Source of the DNA: Thermoprotei archaeon
GTDB taxonomy: Archaea; Thermoproteota; Thermoprotei; Thermoproteales; B15-G16
Assembly: GCA_003649205.1 (NCBI GenBank)
Contig: QMRC01000005.1
Location: 1-64,000, forward strand
DNA length: 64,000 nt
Direction: 5' to 3'
Shown: piece by piece, positions 38,991-48,239 of the stretch
How the letters are laid out: each line of letters begins with the position of its first letter
Position numbering within the stretch: the stretch's first letter is position 1
Translations under genes and position numbers: made by a program
The notes under the pieces: generated by a model
Told to the model about the DNA's origin: nothing
The model's database searches: none
What the model saw: only the letters and a program-made list of their open reading frames with translations

Positions 38991-40016
38991 CTATGTTAGT
39001 TCTCTGAGTAGTTGTTCTAGTGCTTGTCTGTATGCTGGTATTTGCCATGCGTAGTACTTCCCTACACCTATCTCTTGATCTTCAGGTACCTCTCGTTGGG
39101 TTAGTGTTGTGTGGTGTTTGTAGATGATTAGGTTCTGTTCCTCTAGTATCTTGAGTAGTGTCCTCAATTCTTCACTTACATTGTACCATAGTGTATCTGG
39201 GTTCTCTATGACTTCTCGTAGTTGTTTTCCTAGTCCTCTGTACTTGATCTCCATGATTATTTCTGTGAGTTTGTACTTTAGTTCTTTTATCCAGTGATCT
39301 ACATTCCATCTATGTCTTAGTGCTAGGTCTATTACTGCTCTTGGATTTCCTCCTGTTAATTTCCATACCTTCTCTGGTTCTGGTCTTGGTTCTGGTAGTT
39401 GGTTCACTAGTTCTACTAGTCCTTCATATGGTAGGTTCCAGATTAGGGTTATGTGAACGTAGCTGTGTCTGAGTGGTATTCGTCTGCTGATTCCTTCGGA
39501 TGATGTTGCTAGTATGAGTACTGTCTTTGGTTCGAATTCACGTGATATCTTGTAGATTAGTTCGTAGAGCCACTTCACGTATGCTTCGCATCCGTTGATA
39601 CCTATAGCACGTATTGGATCGTCTACGAGGATTGCTAGGTACTTGTCTCTAAACTTCACCTCTGTACATAACTTCTCAAGAAGTTTCGTAATTGCTCCAG
39701 CTACTGCAGCACCTATAGGTCCTCCTATGCTAGCTGCTATCTCTGTAATCTCCTCTTCTGGTAGCTTAACTCCCTCAAGGACCCTACCTGGTTGTTGCTC
39801 TAGTGCGTCTACGTACATGATGATGTAGTTGTCTCTCAATGTTGCTGCTATGTACCTGAGTAGGGTACTTTTTCCACATCCTTCCGGTCCATAGGTGAAT
39901 TCAGCTAGTGGTGACCCGGTCTCTATCAGCTTTCTCAGTGCTTTAATCTCTCCTTCTCTATCTACGAACTTCAGTACGTAACTCATTACCTTAATCTCGT
40001 ACTCATGTATGGTCAA
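38991..40016 (-). CDS. Archaeal ATPase (ATPase_2 family)
   Basis: FVDREGE, YGPEGCGKS, TSSEG, TGGNPR, YYAWQIP. Confidence 0.9.
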   Translation of the reverse strand: MTIHEYEIKVMSYVLKFVDREGEIKALRKLIETGSPLAEFTYGPEGCGKSTLLRYIAATLRDNYIIMYVDALEQQPGRVLEGVKLPEEEITEIAASIGGPIGAAVAGAITKLLEKLCTEVKFRDKYLAILVDDPIRAIGINGCEAYVKWLYELIYKISREFEPKTVLILATSSEGISRRIPLRHSYVHITLIWNLPYEGLVELVNQLPEPRPEPEKVWKLTGGNPRAVIDLALRHRWNVDHWIKELKYKLTEIIMEIKYRGLGKQLREVIENPDTLWYNVSEELRTLLKILEEQNLIIYKHHTTLTQREVPEDQEIGVGKYYAWQIPAYRQALEQLLRELT

Positions 40017-40054
40017 CTAGATCGTCCTCCTAAGTACTGAGGTTGGAGCTGTAT

Positions 40055-41437
40055 TTAGCTGTTGATGACTCCATGCCTCTCCATTGTCTTGAGTAGTTGC
40101 TCAATTACCTCACCTGCTGTTCTGTTGCTGTATGGCCATATCACGGTCTGTATCCTCGTGACTATGGGTTTAACTAGCCTCTCCTTGATCTCTTCACTGA
40201 ACCTACTGTATCCTAGGTACGTTCCGACTATTGAGCCTACTGTTGCTGCGTTGCAGTCGGTGTCCAGTCCTGACATTGCTGCTAGTGCTATTGATCTATC
40301 TAGCTTCTCTTCACCCCACAGCAATGCTGCTATCACTATTGCGTCATTTGGTATCGTGTGTACAGGATGGTAATTGCTGTACCTCGTATATATCTGCTCA
40401 ATTACTTCTTCCCAGGTTACTCCTCTCTTCCATAGGTCTATGACGTGCCTCACAGCTTCTGCTAATCTCGAGTTCTGCGGTATAGCTCTCAATCCTACAT
40501 CAACTACCTCCTCTATTGATGATGCCACGTAAGCGTGCGATATCATGATAGCTACCATTATTGCGCTGTACACGGCATTCTTTACATGGCTTAGAGTAGC
40601 ATCTCTATACGCGTACTCACTTGCTTTCTCAAGATCTCCAGATGCTATGTATCCCCAGGTATCTGCTCTTATCCTTGCACCAATCCACTCTCTGTATGGG
40701 TTGAGGAAGATTGCTGTGTACGGTGGTTTTAGTCCAAGTACTAGGTTCCTATAGGTTGCTCTCTCAGCTGTGTAAGTCATGCTGTAGGGTATTAGCTCTA
40801 ACCATGTTCTACCTATGTCCTCAGTTGTGAAGCTTGATCCATACCTCCTATACACCTCGATATTGAGTATCGTGTAGTCTATGTCATCATCTCTAACAAC
40901 TTCACTAATTGCTTCTCGTACTAGTCTCCACCTACCCATTTCCTGTAGCTCATGCTCCTTAAAGAATTTCCTTGGAAAGTAACCTGTTAGTGGGTACTCA
41001 CCTATCTCGAGTAATCTAGCTCTTATCTCTCTAAATGACCAGCCTTCAACAGGTTTACCAACCATACAACCAATTAGTCTACCGATAAATCCTCCTCTTA
41101 CCTTGTCCTCAACGACGCTCCTCCTCGGTAATTCGCTCTCCGGTAGTTTTGACCTCTCACGTACTATATCTACGTAGGTTAGTGATTCGTGGTATCTGAA
41201 ATCTTGCCTAGTAGGTAGCTCAAGTAGCTTCTCATAGAGTTCAAGTAACCTACCTAAGTCTAAGTCCTTCGCCTTCAGTAGCTCGCTGACTATAGGCTCA
41301 ACATCGTCCACCCGATAACCTTCTTCTCTCAGTAGCTTAATCTCCTCACTAAGTAACTTACTGACTTCCTCCTTTAGCTCAAGTATTACCCACGTACGTA
41401 GAGTATGTAGAGTACGTGGGATATACATGTGAGGCAC
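40055..41437 (-). CDS. ADP-ribosylglycohydrolase family protein
   Basis: GKPVEGW, DDDIDYT, EWIGARIRAD, DTDCNAATVGS. Confidence 0.9.
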   Translation of the reverse strand: MPHMYIPRTLHTLRTWVILELKEEVSKLLSEEIKLLREEGYRVDDVEPIVSELLKAKDLDLGRLLELYEKLLELPTRQDFRYHESLTYVDIVRERSKLPESELPRRSVVEDKVRGGFIGRLIGCMVGKPVEGWSFREIRARLLEIGEYPLTGYFPRKFFKEHELQEMGRWRLVREAISEVVRDDDIDYTILNIEVYRRYGSSFTTEDIGRTWLELIPYSMTYTAERATYRNLVLGLKPPYTAIFLNPYREWIGARIRADTWGYIASGDLEKASEYAYRDATLSHVKNAVYSAIMVAIMISHAYVASSIEEVVDVGLRAIPQNSRLAEAVRHVIDLWKRGVTWEEVIEQIYTRYSNYHPVHTIPNDAIVIAALLWGEEKLDRSIALAAMSGLDTDCNAATVGSIVGTYLGYSRFSEEIKERLVKPIVTRIQTVIWPYSNRTAGEVIEQLLKTMERHGVINS

Positions 41438-41495
41438 CTCAGAATTAAGCTATTTTTACGTAAGGAGGAGGTTAAGGGTGCTTGAGTTAGTTGTG

Positions 41496-42434
41496 CTACT
41501 TAATCAGTTCTGGGTACCTCCATACGCTATCTGCTGCTACTGTTGCCACTATCTTACCTGGACCAAGTTCCTTAGCTATTTCAAGTGCTACGTAGATGTT
41601 TGCTCCAGTCGATGGTCCTGCTAAGATACCTTCCTCCCTAATAACCTTCCTTATTGTATCTATAGCAACCTCCTGACTAACCTCAATTACTCTATCAATG
41701 ATGTGTCTATTGTTGTTGAAGAGTGGTGGTACTAGGGATTCAGCAAGACCCTCAATGTGTTCACCTAATCTACCACCTACAACAGGTGAACCCTTAGGGA
41801 CTATAGCTACCAGAAGTACATCACCCTTCCTCTCCCGTAAGTACTTACCAACACCAATGATTGTACCACCAGTACCAACACCCATAACAAAAGCATCAAC
41901 TCTACCACCTAGCTGCTTCCATAGCTCTGGTCCTGTTGTCTCGTAGTGTGCTCTCATGTTTGCTACGTTACTGTACTGATCGAGGAAAACACCACCTAGT
42001 TCCTCAGCTAGTTTCCTAGCTACGTTCCTACAGTTCTGTGGATGGTCTTGAGGTACATTAGGGGTCTCAACTAGCTCTGCACCTAGTGCTCTTAGTAGTG
42101 CTTTCTTGCTCTCAGCTGTGTTCTCAGGCACAACAATGATACACCTTAACCCAAGTACCTTACATACCCAAGCAATTGAGATTCCTGTATTTCCACTAGA
42201 TGCCTCTATTACAGGAGTGTTCTCCTTAATCAACCCCCTCTCTACAGCGTCCTTAATCATGTAGAGAGCAATTCTATCCTTGTGGCTTCCTGTTGGATTT
42301 AGGTACTCTAACTTAACGTATACACGGGCCATCTTACTTGGATCAACGAGTTTCCTCAATTCAATTACTGGTGTGTTTCCAATTATGTTACTTAGTTCAC
42401 GTAATCTCTCGTAGAGGGTTCCTCTACTTGACAC
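41496..42434 (-). CDS. Cysteine synthase family PLP enzyme
   Basis: IGNTP, NPTGSHKDR, SSGNTG, GVGTGGT. Confidence 0.92.
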   Translation of the reverse strand: MSSRGTLYERLRELSNIIGNTPVIELRKLVDPSKMARVYVKLEYLNPTGSHKDRIALYMIKDAVERGLIKENTPVIEASSGNTGISIAWVCKVLGLRCIIVVPENTAESKKALLRALGAELVETPNVPQDHPQNCRNVARKLAEELGGVFLDQYSNVANMRAHYETTGPELWKQLGGRVDAFVMGVGTGGTIIGVGKYLRERKGDVLLVAIVPKGSPVVGGRLGEHIEGLAESLVPPLFNNNRHIIDRVIEVSQEVAIDTIRKVIREEGILAGPSTGANIYVALEIAKELGPGKIVATVAADSVWRYPELIK

Positions 42435-42559
42435 AAGTTCATCACCTACCGTTGTGACCTCGTTGATCGAATATATTACTTCACCAGGTTACTAAGTTCC
42501 TCTCCAGGAGAAAATGTATAAGGTACTATTGAGGGGAGTAATACTGGTGAAGTCAATAC

Positions 42560-42856
42560 ATGGTTGAGAAGTTTAAACGAGTTCTCTCATCAATAAGAGA
42601 AGTTGTGTCTGGTGTCTTTAGTGGTTTTGCTGAAGCTGGTGCTCTGGATGCTGTTGAGCTTGAGTGTAGTGAGTACGAGCATGTATTCCTCCTCCTACTC
42701 TTTGGCTCTCTCATAGGAATTCCCTCACCACCATTAACCCTAACTCTTAGGTTGTTACCACACATCGTTGATGAGTTGAGAGTACTTGAGCAGAGAAGTA
42801 GGAGAGCATCTGACATGATTGCTGATTTAGTATCCTCTCTGGGGCTTGAGCTATGA
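42560..42856 (+). CDS. Small conserved protein associated with ArsA/CstA
   Basis: E..F.LLLFG.LIGIPSPP..L.LRLLPH; coupled to the ArsA gene. Confidence 0.65.
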   Translation: MVEKFKRVLSSIREVVSGVFSGFAEAGALDAVELECSEYEHVFLLLLFGSLIGIPSPPLTLTLRLLPHIVDELRVLEQRSRRASDMIADLVSSLGLEL

Positions 42857-43803
42857 GCTTTAGATCAGTAATCGAACCAGGTAAGGAGAGACCCTGTACA
42901 CTGCTTATCTGTGGTAAAGGTGGTGTGGGTAAGACTACAGTAGCTGCTGCACTATCACTCTACCTAAGTAAGCAAGGTTACAAGGTTGCAACGATAAGTC
43001 TTGACCCTGCAAGACATCTAGGTTCTGTCTACGGAGTTAGGTTAAGTGAAGAACTCAAAGAAATTGAACGAAACCTATACGCTGCTGAGATCGATGTTGA
43101 GAAAGTGATTAGGAAACATCTAGAGAGCATAGTCAATACGATTAAGTCTACTTACAGGTACCTCACGGCGCTAAACCTAGATAGGTACATTGATGTTCTT
43201 CGTTACTCACCTGGTGTTGAGGAGGAGGCTATGATGGAGTACATGGCTAGCTTCATGAATAGGGAGGAATTTGATGTTATTATCTTCGATACACCACCAA
43301 CAGGTCTCACCATGAGGATACTTCTCCTACCCACAATCTACTTAACCTGGTTAGATAGGTTAATCGACATTAGGAGCAAGATCGTTGGCTATAGAGAAGC
43401 TATTGAGAGGTTGAGAGGAAGAAGAGTTGAGCTTAGAGACTCCATTTTGGAGGAGTTACTGAGGTTACGGGAGAGGATTACTAGTGTTAGGTCATGGTTG
43501 TCAAATCCAGAATCTACTAGATTAATATTTGTGGTTACCCCTGAGCTACTTCCTATAGATGAAGCTGTGAGGTGTAGGGAGGTCTTGAAGAGCGTTGGAA
43601 TTGAGGTAATGGGTGTTGTGGTGAATAAGGTCGTTCCTGAGAATTTACTCAGTAAGGTACCTCTATTTAAACAACAAAGAGAATGTCTCAATATCGTGAG
43701 AAAGTACTTTCAAAACATACCTATCGTCGAGGTACCTCTATTGGAGCGAGATATCAGGGGTTTTGAGATGCTGAGTGAATTTGTTAAGTACTTACTTAGT
43801 TAG
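42853..43803 (+). CDS. ArsA/GET3-family ATPase
   Basis: GKGGVGKTT, SLDPA, PGVEE, FDTPPTG, VVNK. Confidence 0.92.
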   Translation: MSFRSVIEPGKERPCTLLICGKGGVGKTTVAAALSLYLSKQGYKVATISLDPARHLGSVYGVRLSEELKEIERNLYAAEIDVEKVIRKHLESIVNTIKSTYRYLTALNLDRYIDVLRYSPGVEEEAMMEYMASFMNREEFDVIIFDTPPTGLTMRILLLPTIYLTWLDRLIDIRSKIVGYREAIERLRGRRVELRDSILEELLRLRERITSVRSWLSNPESTRLIFVVTPELLPIDEAVRCREVLKSVGIEVMGVVVNKVVPENLLSKVPLFKQQRECLNIVRKYFQNIPIVEVPLLERDIRGFEMLSEFVKYLLS

Positions 43804-43841
43804 AAGAGAAAGGAGAAGGTATTTAGAGAGAAGGAAGGACT

Positions 43842-45539
43842 TTAGGATGATAACTTACGATACCTCCTTATTGATGCTATCACCTCACCTAGTAGTGCGA
43901 AGTTTAGCGCTAAGCTTATTCCAATTATAATTGCCGCACCAACAACTGATGGCGAAGCTATTCTCGGTGGTGCAAACCAACCTAGCCACCAGATTAGTGC
44001 TCCTGTTACTGTTATCCATAGGAAGAACGCTGGTACGAATGCTAGTAGTGATGGTCCTCTTGGTGCTCTCAGTACTCCATAAATCCACGTAGCTGTTGTT
44101 ATGAGTGCTAGTGAAGCTAGTAGCTGATTCATACCACCGAAAGCACCCCACAGCACCTTGTACGCTGGTACCCAGGCCTTTAGTGTAGGTTCGTAGATCT
44201 TTGGATAACCTAGTGCAAAGCTTAGTAGTGCAGCTATAAGTGATGCCACTACTCTATTCGCTAGCACCTTATATGCAGTAGCGTACTTCTTGATTGGCTC
44301 CATCAACTCAACCCATATATACCTCGCTAACCTTAGGTCAGTATCCAGTGTTGTTGTTACGAAAGATGTTAACCAAATACCTGCCCATAGAGTGCCAAAC
44401 GCTGCTGGTAGTCCAAGACCATACTGTAGCGCTAATCCGTAAGCCTTGAGGAATCCACCTAAACCTGCCTCAATTTTACCAGTTACCCAGAAAGCCGCCA
44501 TTGATGTGACAACTATTGTCGATAGGTAGCCTTCACTAAACATACCACCGTAACCAACGAGTAGTGCATCTAACTCATTAGCTAGCTGCTTCGATGATGT
44601 ACCTGATGAGACTAGTGAGTGGAAGCCAGATAGTGCACCACACGCGATGTACAGCGGTACGCATGGCCAGAATGGACCTCTCATTGGGTGTACCAGTGTC
44701 AGTACTGGTGCTTGTTCAATTGGTTTGAAACCTGCTATTAGTGCTGCTGTACCGAATATCAAACCAGTCCATAGGATTAACATCTGTATGAAGTCTCTTG
44801 GCTGTAGTAGGTACCAGACAGGTAACCAAGATGCGAGGAATGCGTATATCGTCATTACTATGATCCAGGTCTCGTATGGTAACTTCAGTGGTATGAAGTA
44901 TGCGTATATGACTATCGCCCACAGCAGTACGTATCCAATTATCGTCGTTGTCCTTATACTAAGACCTACCCTATAGAGTAGCATTCCAAGGAGTAGACCA
45001 AGTGGTATGAAGAGAATCTCCTGTGTTGCTGTTCCGGGTACATTGACGAATACTGTTGCACAGACACTTAGGAACGCAGCTGCAATTAGTATCAATGTGA
45101 AGTATATGTATATTGCGAAGATGTACCTAGCTCTCTTACTAATTATCTTCTCGGTAATATAGGCAATTGACATACCGTCGTATCTTACAGATGCCATTAA
45201 TGCTAGGTAGTCGTGTACTGCACCTATGAACACGTTACCGAACCAAATCCATATGAGGCAAGGCAACCATCCATAGACCATGGCTATTGCCGGACCTACG
45301 ATGGGTCCAGCACCTGCAATGCTAGCGAAGTGATGTCCGTATAGTACGTACTTGTTAGCTGGTACATAGTCGATACCATCAAACCTAGTCCATGCAGGTG
45401 TCAATCTTGTTGGATCAGCTCTGACAACTCTTCTCTCCAATAACTTTCTCCCATAGAGTACGTAGCAGACTACATAGATTATGATGGCAAGGATTACGAG
45501 GAGAGCAGAGTTAACTATAGTGAATCCCACATACCTCAC
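43842..45539 (-). CDS. cstA: Carbon starvation protein A (CstA) family transporter
   Basis: DGIDYVP, GHHFASIAGAGPIVGP, PVWYLLQPRD, ACGALSGFH. Confidence 0.95.
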   Translation of the reverse strand: MRYVGFTIVNSALLVILAIIIYVVCYVLYGRKLLERRVVRADPTRLTPAWTRFDGIDYVPANKYVLYGHHFASIAGAGPIVGPAIAMVYGWLPCLIWIWFGNVFIGAVHDYLALMASVRYDGMSIAYITEKIISKRARYIFAIYIYFTLILIAAAFLSVCATVFVNVPGTATQEILFIPLGLLLGMLLYRVGLSIRTTTIIGYVLLWAIVIYAYFIPLKLPYETWIIVMTIYAFLASWLPVWYLLQPRDFIQMLILWTGLIFGTAALIAGFKPIEQAPVLTLVHPMRGPFWPCVPLYIACGALSGFHSLVSSGTSSKQLANELDALLVGYGGMFSEGYLSTIVVTSMAAFWVTGKIEAGLGGFLKAYGLALQYGLGLPAAFGTLWAGIWLTSFVTTTLDTDLRLARYIWVELMEPIKKYATAYKVLANRVVASLIAALLSFALGYPKIYEPTLKAWVPAYKVLWGAFGGMNQLLASLALITTATWIYGVLRAPRGPSLLAFVPAFFLWITVTGALIWWLGWFAPPRIASPSVVGAAIIIGISLALNFALLGEVIASIRRYRKLSS

Positions 45540-45793
45540 CTCTCAGCTCTCTTTAACCTAGCTACTTCAGCTCTAACCCTCTCGAGAACGGTCCTAGGTA
45601 CTTCTCCGTACCAAAGCCAAGGACCAATCATTACGCAAAGCCACCCTATGGTAGCTACGTATGCTGTAGCACTGACTATTGAACCTGTTAACCCACCAAT
45701 AGCAATTGCATATGCAACGAGAATTGCTCCGATTATGGTAAGTGCCATGCCGAAGTATCTCCTACCTCTCTCTACCTGGGTGACTGTAGTCAA
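45536..45793 (-). CDS. Small two-TM protein coupled to cstA
   Basis: Two TM helices; stop overlaps the cstA start. Confidence 0.65.
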   Translation of the reverse strand: MTTVTQVERGRRYFGMALTIIGAILVAYAIAIGGLTGSIVSATAYVATIGWLCVMIGPWLWYGEVPRTVLERVRAEVARLKRAER

Positions 45794-45884
45794 GTATACC
45801 CCTCGGTAAGTGTCTCAACGCTAATTTTTATCTATTTTCAATTTCTGAAAAGACTGTAGTTGTAGGTATACGTGGTGTTGCATC

Positions 45885-46538
45885 ATGATTGAGGGCTTAA
45901 TGTTGTTGGTTGTTGCTGTCGTTGCTGTAGCTACTGTTGTTGTGTATTTTCGTGGTAGGAGGATCAATCTAGTATTGATGAGGGATTTCATTGTTAAGAT
46001 GGAGAATTTATTTGAACCAAGTGATAAGGAGTATGTTCTGCTTGGTTACTTAGTTGGTTTCAAAGCGAAGTTCAAGGTCATGAGGTGGAACATCTCTGAT
46101 ATTACTTGGATGCTAACTCTTCTGCCGAGACAGAGCTTACTATACTACCCCATATCTAAGCTCACCTCTAAATTTGATAGACTCTACATATCTGCTCGCT
46201 TAGTTTTCGGTCCTAGAGCTACTGTTCACTTAATTAGTAGTGATGTGTATCGTAAGGTTATTCACCAGATTAAGGAAGCCTCGTACCTTAGTCACGTGAC
46301 CACCACTATTGGTGGTAAGGTGTTTCACGTGCTGTATGATGATGCTAGGTTTAGGGATGAGGTGCTAGACGTTATTGAGAGGTGTTTTGGTGGTGATTTG
46401 AGGTATTTGAAGCATCTTGCTGTGAATAGGGAGTACAGGAATATCTATGTGTTCTCTGAAGCTAGGCTTGAGGTCTTGGGTGCTGTCGCTGACTTCATTA
46501 AGGTTCTTGCATCTTCTCTAGTTCCGAGAGGTGTGTGA
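45885..46538 (+). CDS. Hypothetical protein with N-terminal membrane anchor
   Basis: TM followed by GRRIN; LLPRQSLLYY. Confidence 0.7.
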   Translation: MIEGLMLLVVAVVAVATVVVYFRGRRINLVLMRDFIVKMENLFEPSDKEYVLLGYLVGFKAKFKVMRWNISDITWMLTLLPRQSLLYYPISKLTSKFDRLYISARLVFGPRATVHLISSDVYRKVIHQIKEASYLSHVTTTIGGKVFHVLYDDARFRDEVLDVIERCFGGDLRYLKHLAVNREYRNIYVFSEARLEVLGAVADFIKVLASSLVPRGV

Positions 46539-46540
46539 TT

Positions 46541-46589
46541 TCAGTTTCGGGGACTTAATCATCGGTCATCCAGTATGCCCCTTCATCAC
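46541..46589 (-). ncRNA. Box C/D sRNA, D' guide matches 16S rRNA
   Basis: Minus strand: GTGATGA-aggggcatactgg-ATGA-ccg-ATGATTA-agtccccgaaa-CTGA; guide pairs with conserved archaeal 16S GUCAGUAUGCCCC (recalled, not in window). Confidence 0.85.
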
Positions 46590-46641
46590 CGCTGTGAGGT
46601 TTATATGCCGTCTCTATTATGCTTTTTCGTTGGTGTTGTGT

Positions 46642-47007
46642 ATGAGTGTTGAGAAGCTACTGTGGAAGTTTGTTCGTTGTTGTGTCAATAGAGCTTTTGC
46701 AAATATTGATCTCAAGAGGTTGGAAGGTGATGAGAGGTTCACGTTTGAGAATCTACTTGATGAGTTGAGGAGTAGTGAGCAGAATTGGAGGAGTATTACT
46801 GATTTCATAAACTTCGTGACTAAGGACTTTGAGAGCATATACATCAGGTACAGAGATAAGTTCAGGGACCCTAAGATCATTGATGAATTCTTCCTCAATA
46901 TCATTAGGTTTTTGCTGGAGTTAGATGAGGTGAAGTACTTACCTGACTTAGTACATAGTGTTCGTGTACTTGAGAACAAGATAAGGGAGAACTTAGAAAA
47001 GTACTGA
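46642..47007 (+). CDS. Hypothetical protein (start moved to MSVEK)
   Basis: The 5' part of the listed ORF is occupied by the sRNA; in-frame ATG at 46642. Confidence 0.6.
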   Translation: MSVEKLLWKFVRCCVNRAFANIDLKRLEGDERFTFENLLDELRSSEQNWRSITDFINFVTKDFESIYIRYRDKFRDPKIIDEFFLNIIRFLLELDEVKYLPDLVHSVRVLENKIRENLEKY

Positions 47008-47032
47008 GGTACGTGATTTACGGGGGATTATC

Positions 47033-48151
47033 ATGAGTGAGGACTTCAACTACATGGTTGATGCTCTCAAGATGTTGGCTGAGGCATTTGGCCCTTCAGG
47101 TCACGAGGATGAAGTTCGTGAACTGGTTGTAGCTGAGTTGAAGAAGTTCTGTAGTAAGGTGCTTATCGATACTTGGGGTAATGTAATTGCTGTGAGGTAT
47201 GGTAGGAGGGAAGACCTTAAGTTGATGATTGCGGCTCACATGGATGAGATTGCACTAATGGTCAAAGCCATAGAGAAGAATGGCTTTATTCGATTTACTG
47301 GTATTGGTGGTTGGAGTGATAGAGTTCTTCCTGGTCAACGTGTTGTAATTAGGACTAGAGATGGTAGGAAGATCTATGGTGTTATTGGTGCGAAGCCTCC
47401 TCACGTAATGACACCTGAGGAGGAGGAGAAGAAGGTTATTGAGATGAAGGATCTATTCATTGATGTTGGTGCGTCGAGTGCTGAGGAGGTTAGGAAGTTA
47501 GGTATTGAGATTGGTTGTGTAGCTGTGATGGATAGGGACTTCAAGGTACTCGGTAATGGTAAGGTAGCTACCTGTAAGGCATTCGATGATCGTGTTGGTG
47601 TTGCAGTTATGTTGACGGCAGCTAGGTTGCTCAAGAATGTAGATACTGAGGTGTCGATATACTTCGTAGCTACGGTACAGGAGGAGGTTGGTCTTAGAGG
47701 TGCTATGGTATCTGCGTACAGGATTGAACCGAATATCGGTATTGCAATTGACGTTACTGTAGCTGGTGATGTACCTGGAGCACCTGAATCAGAATTCGTT
47801 GTGAGGTTGGGGAGGGGACCTGCTATAAAGGTTATGGATAGAGCTAGATTAGCTCCACTAGGTCTAATAGCCCATCCCAAGGTTAAGGACTTCCTGATTA
47901 AGGTAGCTGAGGAGGAGAAGATACCTTACCAGCTAGAGGTACTTGTTGGAGGTACCACGGATGCTGCAGCAATAGCCTTCACCAGAGGAGGTGTTCCAGC
48001 TGGTGTAGTATCTATACCGACACGCTACGTCCATAGTCCAGTAGAGGTTATCTCACTCGAAGATGCATTCAACGCCGCTAAATTGGTAGCAGCTGCAGCG
48101 AGGAGAGTAGATGAGTCGCTAGTACGTGAGGTATCTCTAAGGGAAGTATAG
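47033..48151 (+). CDS. M42 (TET) aminopeptidase
   Basis: GPSGHE, AAHMDEI, AFDDR, QEEVGLRGA, GGTTD, RYVHS. Confidence 0.95.
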   Translation: MSEDFNYMVDALKMLAEAFGPSGHEDEVRELVVAELKKFCSKVLIDTWGNVIAVRYGRREDLKLMIAAHMDEIALMVKAIEKNGFIRFTGIGGWSDRVLPGQRVVIRTRDGRKIYGVIGAKPPHVMTPEEEEKKVIEMKDLFIDVGASSAEEVRKLGIEIGCVAVMDRDFKVLGNGKVATCKAFDDRVGVAVMLTAARLLKNVDTEVSIYFVATVQEEVGLRGAMVSAYRIEPNIGIAIDVTVAGDVPGAPESEFVVRLGRGPAIKVMDRARLAPLGLIAHPKVKDFLIKVAEEEKIPYQLEVLVGGTTDAAAIAFTRGGVPAGVVSIPTRYVHSPVEVISLEDAFNAAKLVAAAARRVDESLVREVSLREV

Positions 48152-48239
48152 CTCAGTTCCTCCTCAATGTCTTTTACTTCATGAATTACTTTATGAGACC
48201 CCAATAATGCAACGTGAAACACGTTGTATGGGGTACTAG

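Noticed and set aside
46531-46641. N-terminal extension of ORF 46531-47007
   Set aside because: Overlaps a C/D sRNA on the opposite strand; ATG at 46642 is the better start
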